Below are positions 1 through 13,544 of a DNA stretch of 64,000 nt, in pieces. Where the stretch lies: NCBI GenBank assembly GCA_951406725.2, contig OX597815.1, positions 79,732,001 through 79,796,000 of the forward strand. The letters are read 5' to 3'. Position numbers and translations under genes: made by a program. The notes beneath the pieces are model-generated. The model had not been told where the DNA came from. It saw only the letters and a program-made list of their open reading frames with translations, and did not search any database. Within the stretch, counting starts at the first letter, position 1. Each line of letters opens with the position of its first letter. This stretch comes from Octopus vulgaris. Taxonomy: Eukaryota.

Positions 1-199
1 CAAGTAACAGAAAAGATAAAAGAAAAAATACGGTGACACTCATTCCTGCAATCATATTTAGACACACACACACACATACACACACACAAGCACACACATA
101 CACACACACATACACACAAATGCCCGCACGCACACACGTCAAAATATTACTGTGTAATTGTAATTAGAATAAAATAAGAACAAGAGGAAGAAAGCTAGT

Positions 200-1320
<1,121 letters not shown>

Positions 1321-1945
1321 GAATATAAGTCCGTTTATGTTTGTGAGTTCTACGTGTATGTGTGAGTGTGTAGACATGTGTGTGCTAATTGCTCCGGTGT
1401 TGATTTCTGAGTACTGACGTAACCTTTGAACATGTAACAGATGCGCACATATATAATACAAACATAGATGTATACATACGTGCATGCATTCACACATACA
1501 TATAGGCGTATATATCTAGTTGCCTCGTCAGCTGAAGCGCAATTGCTGTGAAAATGACGTCTACTGAGGCAGAAACTCATGTCCGAGACTGTCTTTTTCT
1601 AAATAGCATATAAATGTTGGAGAATTCCAAAGTCCTAAAATTACCTCCCCTTTTCATTTGGGGTTGTTACCTGTTGCCCCCAATCGATTACTTTATCTCC
1701 TTTGGAAGTGGAGAGATTATCAAAGCATCAAGAATTTAACCTATATGTCATTTAATATATGCTTATTCATCTTTGCTATTCAAATATATGGCATTAGACA
1801 CTAAGTTATTTCTCTTCTCTCATTTTGTCTCATTTATACAAATTATCTATACCACAAAGGTGTTCTCATTTTAGTGTATGTCTAAATTTCGCGTCCGTTG
1901 AGGATGAGCTACAACTATTGCAATACTGATGACACCTAAGAAACG

Positions 1946-2026
<81 letters not shown>

Positions 2027-2198
2027 CAATGTTCTTTTATTTTCAGACTGCAGACTGTCAGAATGTCCTAGTTCTTCATTAAGATTGATTGTAGCCTAAA
2101 CAACCGCAATAACAATTTATACCTGTATTATATCTTTTGCCCAAAACTTTTCTACAGTTTAAGCTACCTTTCCTTCCACAATTCACTACACAAAATTA

Positions 2199-2249
<51 letters not shown>

Positions 2250-2368
2250 CATACTGACGATATATAAATCGGTCAGAAGTTCATGTATCCGTAAAAGAAG
2301 CACACTCTAAAGTATTAGAACAGTAATATATATTTTTAGGAAGTTAAAATTTATGACGGGTCATAGGA

Positions 2369-2428
2369 AGAGAATTGGTTTCGCACCTATAAAGTGTTTA
2401 GCAATATAGGCGGCTCATCAGACCCTCT
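2369..2428 (-). ncRNA. Decayed type I hammerhead ribozyme motif (stem III/UH deleted)
   Basis: Minus strand AGAGGGT-CTGATGA-GC(C)GCCTATA..TATAGGT-GC-GAAA-CCA-ATTCTCT. Stem I is 7 bp and stem II is long, but there is no stem III or cleavage triplet. Confidence 0.65.
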
Positions 2429-2708
2429 ACAACTGGAGGGATGAATACGTAACGGTCAGTTGATCATAATTCTCCGTGCTACGGACAGGACGGTGTTAAG
2501 CCTTTTACACCGACTCTGGTCGCGGTGATATTCTTGTGAGCTGTGGCAAAACTATTCAACGAATGGCGAAATCCAAGTCTGAAGTAGGAAACGTTTTAGA
2601 TGAAAGCGTTGACAGAATACTTCTTTCCTGCACTTTAAAATGAACCCTGGGCTGAGCGAGTTTTTTAGGATTCTTGCTCTCGTTCGACCCGGGTTGTTTT
2701 GAAAGAAG

Positions 2709-2740
<32 letters not shown>

Positions 2741-2859
2741 TGTATGTATGTATGTATGTATGTATATGTGTGTGTATTTGAGCGCGCACACGTGCACGCG
2801 CACACGTATATATATATATCTGTTGGTGTGTGTGTGCGTGTCTGTGTATGTGTGTGTGC

Positions 2860-3065
2860 GTGTGTGTCTTTGTGTCTATGTTTGTTCCCCAGCACTACTT
2901 GATAACCGGTCTTGGTATGTTTACGTCTCCGTAACTTAGCGGTTCAGCAAAGAGATCGATAGAATAAGTAATGGGGTCGATTCATTCGACAAAAAATTCT
3001 TGAAGGCGGTGCCCCAGTATGTCCATAATCAAATGACTGCGACAAGGAAAAGATAAAAGATAAAA
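2860..3065 (+). mobile_element. SINE family B, 3' half
   Basis: Matches the 3' half of 31325-31740 (..gtaacttagcggttc..ggcggtgccccag..atgactg..). Confidence 0.75.
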
Positions 3066-3093
3066 CACACACACACACATATATATATATATA

Positions 3094-3486
3094 TCTAATG
3101 AGGATAAAATTTCTTTCGAAAAAAAAATTTTTTCGAAAAAAATTTTATCAATGGCCAGCATATTAAAAAATACCTTAAACGGTTAAATTTATAAACAATT
3201 CATAAATGAGGGCAAAGGAAAAATTTCTAATGCCAAATATGCCGTAAAATTGGACATATTGTCCATTAACCATATAATTTTTTCACAATACGCACGCTAC
3301 TCGAAAAAAGGTCGACAGACATTTCTAAAAATTCCATTATTACCATATCGGACCGATTTCAGAGTTAGCTACTAAGAGCCCTCTCTTCGTCAGTGATACA
3401 TGTGGCAAAAGAAATAAATGAGATACTTACTCATTTTACGGCATATTTGGCATTAGAAATTTTTTCCTTTGCCCTCATTTATGAAT

Positions 3487-3488
<2 letters not shown>
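3094..3488 (-). mobile_element. Penelope-like (pLTR) non-autonomous insert in (TA)n with inverted terminal segment
   Basis: (TA)n on both sides; 3196-3250 is inverted at 3433-3488; contains the hammerhead at 3341-3398. Confidence 0.65.
3341..3398 (-). ncRNA. Type I hammerhead ribozyme, canonical core
   Basis: TATCA-CTGACGA-AGAG..CTCT-GAAA-TCG GTC CGA-TA-TGGTA. All core nucleotides and all three stems are present. Confidence 0.85.
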
Positions 3489-3570
<82 letters not shown>

Positions 3571-3802
3571 CGTCCCGGAAGTGGAAGGTAGTGATAGATA
3601 TAGATATTTCGCGGTCATCTCAGCTCTTCATTGCCCTGTACTCATCCACCTCCGAAACGACCTGTCTCGGCCTGCTAGAAGTATGTATACAAAATAGCTT
3701 AAAGGCAATTTGCTGATGTGAAAATGCGTATCACGAAGAAAACAGAATTTGAATTTTTACACACATATACACATATTTACATATGCACACACATACACAC
3801 AG

Positions 3803-4123
3803 GGTAAAAGGGTAAAAACCCCTTAAGGTCTTGAGTGCTCATGGAGTTGCACCTTGCAAGTTCCCCTCCGAGGCAGAAGTTTGGGCAAGACCAGCAATCG
3901 CCCATGCATATCAGCCAGTGGTGTTATCCGAGGGAAAGGTAAAAAGGCCGATACAGCTTGGTACCAGTGACGTCGTAATTCATTTCCGCAGATGAGTGAA
4001 CTGGAACAACGTGAAATAAAGTGTCTTGGTCAAGAACACAACACACAGCCCGGTCCAGGAATCAAACTCACAACTTCATGATTACGAGAGAGATGCTCTA
4101 ACCACCGAGCTATGCGCCTTCAC
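3803..4123 (-). mobile_element. tRNA-derived SINE family C (tail variant 1)
   Basis: Pol III A/B-box-like head at the right end; core gagtg.actggarcaacgtgaaat..agtgtcttg.tcaag shared with 35990-36226 and 42848-43172. Confidence 0.75.
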
Positions 4124-4622
4124 TTGCTTGTATGAAACGTGTTAGACTGTTCCTTTTCATTTATATTTCCCCTTCTCATGTGTGGTAATACTATATATTT
4201 AATTTATGCCTAGAATAATATAATTTCAACCTAAATCTTTGTTCATAAAAAAACTACTGACATTTGAGTTATTGAAGATTTTTGTAAAAAACAAAAACAT
4301 GCTATACTTAGAGAATATACCTAATATTACAACTATGAGATGCAAAACCCAACATTTTGCCCATAAATTTTCAGCATTTAACATTCAAAATATAAACGTC
4401 CAGCAGCTACTGTCTGTGTCATCCCGGCTGACGATTTGCAGGTTTTTAAAGGACAAATGCCCAGACATCTTGCCACTCGCATGACCTGAAATGCGGTGAA
4501 CCAATTTTTGACCCGTTGATAAATGCTACTTCAGCACAAATATACAACAAATATATTACTTACAAATGCATGTGATATACGAATATATGTATGTACGTAC
4601 GTAATTCACACACACACACACA

Positions 4623-4694
<72 letters not shown>

Positions 4695-4833
4695 TAAGTA
4701 AATAACAAATTGATAGATATGCGCATATATATATGTATGTATGTGTGTGCGTGTGTGTTTGTGTGTGTGTGTGTTTGTGTTAGTATGTATGTATTCATGA
4801 CTGTATGCGCGCACATGTGTGTATTTATAATAC

Positions 4834-5045
4834 TTATTTCTTTACACAGAGAGGACAAACAAGGACAGACAAACGGATTCAGTCGATTATATCGACCCCA
4901 GTGCGTAACTGGTACTTATTTAATCGACCTCGAAAGGATGAAAGGCAAAGTCGACCTCGGCGGAATTTGAACTCAGAACATAACGGCAGACGAAATACGG
5001 CTACGCATTTCGCTCGGCGTGCTAACGTTTCTGCCAGCTCGCCTT
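4834..5045 (-). mobile_element. tRNA-derived SINE family A
   Basis: Reverse complement of ggcgagctggcagaaacgttagc..gagttcaaattccgccgaggtcgactttgcctttcatcc; flanked by a tataatact duplication. Confidence 0.85.
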
Positions 5046-5783
5046 TATAATACTTTATAATACTACTGTATCGTCCGTCAACTGAATTCCCTGCCCCACA
5101 CCTCTGAAAATCAAGACGCTAACCGTTTCTTGCGTGCCAATTGGCAACAGAACTGTCAATCCTAGTGGATGATCGGCTAATTAATATCACAGCCGGAAAA
5201 ATTTCCAAATCTTTAGAATAAGAGTCCGCTTTGTTCCTCTGACCACTCCTTCAAAGAAGTGCCAGTCCCTGGTGAAAAGAAAACAAACCTTCTGAATAAA
5301 CCACGTGAAGCAGCCTAATAACTTCCATTTGTCACTGCCTTATTAGCATATGGAGAAATAATCAGTACACTTCCTGTTACCCTATAGAAAATATAGGCAT
5401 TCCAAATTCTTCAATTAACTATCCCTATTTTCTAGATATACTTAAAATAAAAAAACAAACACACACACACACACAAACACAAACACTCACAACCACGCAC
5501 ACACGGAGACGCACGCACACTTGCGCATGCACACACACACACACACTAGCAGACATAGACATTAATTCACAGACGTAAACACAGGAATGGGTCAACCAAT
5601 TTTCTTATACCCACACCACAGTTCGACCGTAAAAAGATGATTCATGTCATGTATATACATGCATAAATACATACTACACACGCTCGCACATATATGTATA
5701 TGTATGTGTATGTATACATATGTACATACCTATATATTATCTATATAATATGAAATTTGATATGAATATACATACATACATAC

Positions 5784-5837
<54 letters not shown>

Positions 5838-5839
<2 letters not shown>

Positions 5840-6235
5840 TCTTATTCTATTTTTTTTTGTTTCAGTCAATTGACTGCAGCCATGATGGAGCACCGCCTTT
5901 AGTCGAACAAATCGACCCCAGGACTTATTATTTGTAAGCCTAGTACTTATTTTATCGGTCTTTTTTTTTTACCGAAGCGCTAAGTTACGGGGGCGTAAAC
6001 ACACCAACATCGGTTGTCAAGCGATGTTGGGGGTACAAACACAGATACACCAACATCCCTCACCCCCCACACATACGACGACGGGCTTCTTTCAGTTTCC
6101 GTCTACCAAATCCACTCAAGGCTTTGGTCGGCAGGAGGCTATAATAGAAGACACTTGCCCAAGGTACCACGCTGTGGGACTGAACCCGGAACCATGTGGT
6201 TAGTAAGCAAACTACTTACCACACAGCTGCGCCTA
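5838..6235 (-). mobile_element. SINE family B (CORE-like) full copy
   Basis: Near-identical to 31325-31740 in reverse. Confidence 0.85.
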
Positions 6236-6342
6236 CATACATTTCATCGATACCTATCAAATGGTGAGGTGATCTCCGTGACATTAAAGGACGCAACCGG
6301 ATACACCGGTTCAAACACAGACCCACCGACAGACACACACCA

Positions 6343-6381
<39 letters not shown>

Positions 6382-7269
6382 CACACAGAGGCACATACAC
6401 ACGCACACACACAGGCACACAAACACACAACCATTTATACATGTTGGTCCACAAATATTCCACTTGCAAAGTGGGATCAAACTCGAGACTACAGTACAAG
6501 ACACATGCTTAATGTGTCGCGCAGAGAGATCGAACCAGAACATCGTAGCTGTAAAGAAAAACATTTAACTACACAGCTATGCATGTGCCTAATTGCATAT
6601 GGTTAATTGGGGTTTTAGCTGAAATAATCTCTCAAAGCAGGTTAACTATATTTACGTATGATTCATAGTTTATGTTAGGTGTCTTGGTGAAAGGTATTTC
6701 CAATTATTCTCTTTTCAATAAAATTGTTTATCCCGACCTCTCACCTTTAACCTAGAAGTGAAACATCAACCTCGCTGTGAATGTATTATCAAGGACATAG
6801 TTCTATATCTATGTGACGTATTGAGGAACTAGGATAATGATTAAAACGGAAGAGGAACTTGCTACTATTGATAATTGTTATTATTATGGGTGAAAAGGAT
6901 GAGGTGGAGGTACATATCAGTAGCAAACAGGATGTTAAAAGGTTATACTTGTGTTTAGTCTTAGGTCAGTCACAACCGAGAAAGCCTACGGTTAAAAGCA
7001 TTCCAGTCTTGACCATTCCACTGTTTTATGTATCTAGGCCTACCTTGTTTGATGCGTACTTCGTATTTTAAGACTGTGAGACTTAATTGAAAGTAATGTC
7101 GCTGCTGTTTCTCGTAAGTCGAACAACTGCCAAGTTGAAGAGGAGCCTTTTTTCGTTACTTGTACTGAAAGTGGTGTTGTTGGTCATGTTGGTAACCTTT
7201 GTGTACATAATGCCTGGTGTGACAGCAACAGTGTTTGTCGTTGTTTGGTTTCAAGTCGGCTCTGATTAA

Positions 7270-7393
7270 TCTCACATAGTTTTAGGTTTAGTCCCACTGC
7301 GTGACACCTTGGGCAAATGTCTTCCACTACAGTTTCTGGCCAAACAAATCTTTATGAGTGGATTTGAGAGACGAAAACTGAAAGAAGCCTATC

Positions 7394-7461
<68 letters not shown>

Positions 7462-7620
7462 CAATAATAAATCTCTGAACAAGATGTAAACAGTAACTGC
7501 ACGACAATGTAAGGTATACTAGCCATCTCAATATGGCTGACCACGATGATCTCCTGGGGCTACAAGCTACAGTAACACCCACCCTTAGTGGTTAGCCATA
7601 TTGAGATGGCTAGTATACCT

Positions 7621-7671
<51 letters not shown>

Positions 7672-7910
7672 GTGTGTGTGTGTATGTACGTGTGTACGTG
7701 CGTGTGCGTGTGTAAGTGTACTTGTATTTGTCCCCACACTACTTGATAAATGGTATTGGTTCGTTTATGTACCTATAACTTAGCATTTCGGCAAAAGAGA
7801 CGGATAGAATAAATACCGGGCTTTAAAATAGTATTAGGACCCATCTGTTCGACTAAAACCCTTGAAGCTGGTGCCCTAGCATGACTGCAATCCACTGACT
7901 GAAACAAGCA
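7270..7910 (+). mobile_element. SINE family B whose internal (TA)n carries a foreign inverted-repeat insert
   Basis: Head at 7270-7395 and tail at 7720-7910, with the insert 7461-7625 inside the internal TA tract. Confidence 0.75.
7461..7625. mobile_element. Short insert in (TA)n with 38-bp inverted terminal segment (PLE-like architecture)
   Basis: 7507-7544 and 7588-7625 are inverted with 1 mismatch. Confidence 0.6.
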
Positions 7911-8169
7911 AAACTAATTATGTAGAATTAGTTTTATTTAAAAATCTCTTTTTGAACTAATTGCGAATCTCAGGTTCACCTATTAAATTTTTTTTTATCC
8001 ACACTTGTAACTACAAATGTATTAAAAACGTCGAAGTCTCGAAAATGTCTTCAAGACAGAAAATTGAAGTGGTAGCGCTGCATACTCTAAAACTCAAACT
8101 TTTCTTCATTTTGTTAAAGTTTTATGAATAATCAACTTGTATTAAATATTCTAACTGCGCACGTACACA

Positions 8170-8261
<92 letters not shown>

Positions 8262-8289
8262 TGCACAGAACATAAAATCCTTTCTACTG

Positions 8290-8500
8290 GACTTTCACAC
8301 GGAGTGAAATTTTTTTAAGAGAGGGAGATAGTTGATTACATTGACCCCAATGTTCAACTGGTACTTATTTTATCTACTTCAGAAAGATGAAACGCCAAAT
8401 CGACCTTGGCGGAATTTGAACTCAGAACGTAAAGAAGGAAGAAAAGTTGCGATGCATTTTGTCCGGCGTGCTATCTAATTACTCTATCAGCTCGCAACCT
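8290..8500 (-). mobile_element. SINE family A, diverged
   Basis: aactggtacttattttatc..cgaccttggcggaatttgaactcagaacg. Confidence 0.75.
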
Positions 8501-9834
8501 TGCTCCATACATGTATATAAAAAATGAGACTTTGTCTGATGGCCGTCATTTTCACTTCGACCTTGCGACTTCTCAATATACAGAAAGATTCTTCGGGCCA
8601 ATGATGGAACTGTTAGTGATTATTGTTAGAGTTACTGTGTTAATGATGACGGTTATAATGGTAGTGGGGAATATTGCTGGCAGAGCATGTGTGGTTGTTT
8701 TTGATGGTGATAATGATGATGATGATGATGATAATGGCGACGATGAAAACGATGATGATGATGATATTTGTGGTAAAATTAATGTTAATGCGGTGTCAGA
8801 AGTTTGCAGTTGTGTACTGGAGGTGTTTTAGACTAGAAGCAATATATAAAGCTGTTTGTGACAGCAGGATGACAGTTGAGGAGGCGGTAGTGATATGTAA
8901 AACGATGATAGATTTGGTGAAATTATTAATGTTGGATGAACTGGTGCTGGTGACAGTAATATATATGAGGTGTTGATAGATGTAATGGTAATGGGATTGA
9001 GAGCTTATTTTATTTATAGTGAATTCAGATGCATGGGATTTAGTGCTGAGTGCCCAAAAGCAATATTATAACGCTTAGCAGTGGTCGTTATGAGAGTGAG
9101 ATTGATAGTCGAAACGCGGCAGGGTTGAAATGCAGCGGTGATAGTTTTTGCAGCGTTAAAGTACGAGTTATCTTAGTGGGCAAATGTATTCTGGTGCAGG
9201 TAGATATTTGCCACGGAAATAAGGGAAACACTTTGTGTGGAATCATTGCTTATATTGCAACGGAACGTTAGACGGTGACTAGAAAAACTAGACAGATGAC
9301 CACGGTGATGTAATTCGATGAAGAAGTGACGAAGAGTTGAAAATGAAAAGACTATATTTATTGTTATTTATTGTGGTAACTTCAGTGATTAAGTAACACA
9401 AGCGAGCGTTTGTTAATTCGGTTTTTAGTGTATGAGATCATGGTTTTGGTCTTCGTATGGCAAACTGCTGGTTGACATGTAAAGATTGTTAGCCTGTTTA
9501 GATTTTCAGGTGTGACAATTTTAATCGTTAATGTGGTAGAGGTCACACCTGTGCTATTTCAATTATCATCTTCACTTGGAGTTGTAAAGACTTGTACATT
9601 CTTCACGAACATAAGAAAAAACAATCCATGGTAGCGGCTAAGAAGGTTTTATTCACTTTTTAAATTAACCAGTAACTTGACCACTGTGGATCAAGCTAAG
9701 ATCGGCAACAAGGAAATGAACATATGAAAGAATTTTTTTACATCACAAAAATAATATACAGAAGAGAATCAGAACATACATACATACATACATACATACA
9801 TACATGTGTGTGTGTGTATATATATATATATATA

Positions 9835-10809
9835 CTAGCATTAAAGACCCGTCGTTGCCGGGTCATAGTGCTAGTGCATGTATATATGTGTATATATATG
9901 TGTACATATTACATGTACATCTATATATATACATCTACACAAAATACAAAATACAAAGTTATATCTTGATATCGCTAGTGATAACAATTCTCAAAATATA
10001 TAACAGACTGGAATTGTTAGCCCGTCTCTTGTAATTTCGATCAATTGTATCTTGTCCTCCCTCTTGTATAGAAGTGTGGCTACAATCCAGCCTACCTCTA
10101 CTTCGGGGGGGGGGGCATTTCAATTTTTTTTCCGGGACGTCCTACGTCCCAGATATAAAGGTAAAAATAAAATATTTCCACTTTGCAAGTTCGAGTCAAG
10201 TACTCCCTTGCATGCTCCGTTGACTCGAACCTTGCTTCTATTGTGGCGAATTTACCGCCTCTGATTAGATACCTCTCATAGTCGCACCAAGACACTTTTC
10301 GAAGGTGCTTTCCTCCATGTGCTCAAATCTTCTTTTTTCTCTACATTGTATACTTTATAGACAATAGTCTTTTCTTTAATTTAATTTTTTATTATCCATC
10401 TGGACTATTCCATTTCTGCACGCTAATTTTATTTTCAATTTATTCCCATTCATTCATGTGAAACCACTTATTTAAGTTCAAATCATTGATGCAATTTTAT
10501 ACCAATTGCTATTTTTACTTTTGTCATGTTACTTTAGTTTGATTTTAATTATTACTTACTACATATAATTCAATTGTTATTTTTTTTATTGTTAAAGTGA
10601 AAGTATCTGACATAAAATAGAGAAATACTTTTGTTTCACTTTTAACACGTAATACTGAAATAGTGGAGAAGATATGATATTGCTATGGGCTCGCTCTAGG
10701 CAAGAAGATGAACATTTGTTTTACACATGAAACTACATGGACCCTAAGTAAGGCATGTGTAAAATTTGAATGAAATTGGTTGTGTAGTTCTCAAGTTTTA
10801 GGGAAACAC

Positions 10810-10852
<43 letters not shown>

Positions 10853-10882
10853 CACATTCTCAGTTTTATATATATAAAGAGA
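9835..10882 (-). mobile_element. Non-autonomous Helitron (Lep1-like layout)
   Basis: Minus strand starts A|TC at 10882 with a (TCTG)n tract near the 5' end, and ends in a GACCCG-GCAACGA-CGGGTC hairpin about 8 nt before CTAG|T. Confidence 0.75.
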
Positions 10883-10904
10883 TATATATATATATGGAGA
10901 AAGA

Positions 10905-11724
10905 GAGAGTGCGGTGAATAGATTCTCGTCTAAATTACGCGATTCATCTAATTTTAACAGATATATTTACCAAAATTACATAGAAATATCTTGAAATACT
11001 AAATACTTTAACCACGGCCTCCGGACGACTTCGGAATCTCCTGCAACTCTTCTGGACGGTCTCTTTATTTAAGTTCATGAATGCTGCCATAATCCTTGTC
11101 TTCAGTACATCTTTGGTGTTACAAGGAGTTTTGTTTGTCTCTCGTTCAACTGCGCACCACACGTAATAACCAGAGGGGCTGCAGTCTGGGGAGTTAGGTG
11201 GCCAGATGTTTGGGGTGATGTGGTCGCAAAAATTGTCTGACAGCCATGTGTGGAAAGGTGCAGAGTCCTGTTGCCAGACACAGGGTCTTCCAGCAGCCAC
11301 TCTCTTGACCCAGAGCAGCACTACCTCCTCCAGGCACATGATGTAAGTCTCCATGTTGAGTTTAAAGTCGTGTGAGAAGATGAATGGAGGCATAACGTCA
11401 CCATTACTAGTGATCACTCCAAACACTATGATGTTGATTGGATGTTTGATTTTTATCACTCTCGGTACATGTTTTTGGGACTGAGATTGACACTTAACAC
11501 TCTGAAATGTTCGTATTGGAGCCTCCGGCGCGAATGCTAAGTAGTACATCGTGTCGTTTCCAAGTTTCTGGCAGAGTGAATTGCGTCATGGTGCTGTTTT
11601 CTCTCAGGTGGTGCCCAACTGACCCTACTATACTGTGTAGCCGACAAAATTAAAAACAAGCAATGCGCATGCGCAAAATTAAAAATATAAAATGGAGACA
11701 ATTTACCTATCGCAATTTACCCTG
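10905..11724 (-). mobile_element. Internally deleted Tc1/mariner element, maT (DD37D)-like
   Basis: Degenerate TIRs (cagggt..gcgataggtaaattgtc) around a transposase relic. Confidence 0.75.
10944..11549 (-). pseudogene. Tc1/mariner (maT-like) transposase catalytic-domain relic
   Basis: VWQQDSAPFH..WPPNSPDCSPSGYYVW motifs. The last catalytic Asp is replaced by Gly and the spacer looks shortened by about 6 aa. No N-terminal HTH. Confidence 0.85.
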
Positions 11725-11966
11725 TGTATGTATCTATGTATATATATATGTGTGTGTATGTGTGTTTGTACATACATATATATGTGTGTGTTTGTGCGTG
11801 TGTATGTATACATATACTAAAAAGGAGTATTAACACAGTATTTAGAGATTAACACAACATTCAACAATGTTTACCAGTGATGCATATAATATAGATACAT
11901 ACACACATACACGCACACAGAATTATCAATGAATATGTTTGAAACCTACATACACGGAACATAAAT

Positions 11967-12538
11967 GGGACCCTTTCTGTTTGCCTTTGCTTTGTTAAGA
12001 TTTTAAAATTAAGGGAACCTTTTTCATATTTGGTGTATTGATGTAATTTTTCACGCTGAATTTCAGGCCGTTATTTTCTTGTTCCAGAAAAAAAAAGTTA
12101 CAATGGTTTAAAGTTCGATAATTTTTACCCGATCTGAAAACAGGATTTGGAAGCTGTTATTTTGTGTGTGACTACATTACAACGATAAAACATTCATGGC
12201 AACATTTCGATGAGAAAACATGTTTTAAGCATCAAATAAGCACTTAATGCGAAAAATTACCAAAAACAGAGTAAACAGCACAGTTTGCCGCTTTAACACT
12301 AGAAGTACCGACTGGTTATTTATGTTATCATGGAAACGACATCTATACGACTGGCTTTCGATTGGTTAAAATTACCCAAAATTTGCAAACTTTAAAAGTT
12401 GTTTGTTTATTATTTTATGGCGAAAAGGAATTTCATTTCAATAATTAGCATACAAAATTAAAACAATACACCAAATTTGAAATCAATTGGAACAAAATTG
12501 AAGAAGCTGAAAAGTGAAAGTCAAACAGAAAAGATATC
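11967..12538. mobile_element. MITE-like element
   Basis: TIRs gggaccctttctgtttg / caaacagaaaagatatc; same terminal motif as 57017-57448. Confidence 0.65.
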
Positions 12539-13189
12539 GTAAATGTATATAAGGAGTTTGTAGATGTGTAAGAAATAATATAGCATGTATATGTTCTTGA
12601 GATGCAAATGCGTGTGCATGATACGTGCGAGGACAGCTGCGGAGAAAGAAATATATATAGGTGTTTCTGAAATTCGCAATTAGTTCAAAAACTTTGGCTT
12701 TAAAAAAAATTCTATAAGAATATGTTCCAGTTCCATGATTTTCTGTCAGGTATTATTGATCTTTCAAAAGCCTGCAGTTTCCTCACTATAGTCTATTTCT
12801 CCCTAACATAATCAAACATTTTGTACAATATAGATCTCTACAATAACTTATTCACTTTCGAAACCGGTATTGTTTTCATTCCGAATATGCAGTACTCTTG
12901 AGCATAAAATCAAATGTTCATTTCACGCACAAAAGTTCTGAGTGTGTGATGAGAAAAAAACACTAGCACGATTAAGAAAGAAAAAAATGCTTACTTCGAG
13001 AGAGAAATACTTTTGTTAACTACTTGACTACGTCTGTTACCACAACATGAAATTTACCGATAGTAGTGACTCCACACATAATCACATATCGAAGAGACTC
13101 AGGTACACATATATGTGTGAGATCATGCACTCACACTCGGGTAATGGAATCTATAATACGAGCTGGCATGTCCTCACTTACACACACAT

Positions 13190-13390
13190 ATTGGTTTCAA
13201 ATTTTTGCACAAGGCCAGCAATTTTGGCGGAGGCAGCAAGTCGATTACATCGACCCCATTGTTCAACTGGTACTTATTTTATCGACTCTGAAAAGATGAA
13301 AAGTAAAGTCGACCGCGGCGGAATTTGAACTTAGAAATGTTGCTATGCATTTTGCCCGGCATGTTACCGATTCTGCCAGCTCCACCGCCC
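13190..13390 (-). mobile_element. SINE family A variant
   Basis: Same core as the other family A copies, with the alternative tail (ggccttgtgcaaaaatttgaaacc). Confidence 0.8.
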
Positions 13391-13544
13391 TCATACGTAC
13401 AATAATATTTAAAATAAAATCAAAATGGAAAAATTAAATACAATAAGATGTATACCAAAGTTTGTGATGGGTGGTAAGGGTATCGCAAGTTGCACGTGAT
13501 GCATTATAATGTTGATATACATGTAGCTGAAGTTTTGAGTGATT

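Noticed and set aside
1515-1590. TGCCTC..GAGGCA-GAAA-CTCATG-TC hammerhead-like half
   Set aside because: No CUGANGA or stem I in the correct position on the same strand.
8600-9000. Asp/Met/Val-rich ORFs; likewise the Thr-rich ORF at 30209-30394
   Set aside because: Degenerate (GAT)n and (ACC/ACA)n trinucleotide low complexity.
12838-12876. ACAA..C-GAAA-CCGG-TA-TTGT possible hammerhead relic
   Set aside because: Core heptamer and stem II are unrecognisable.
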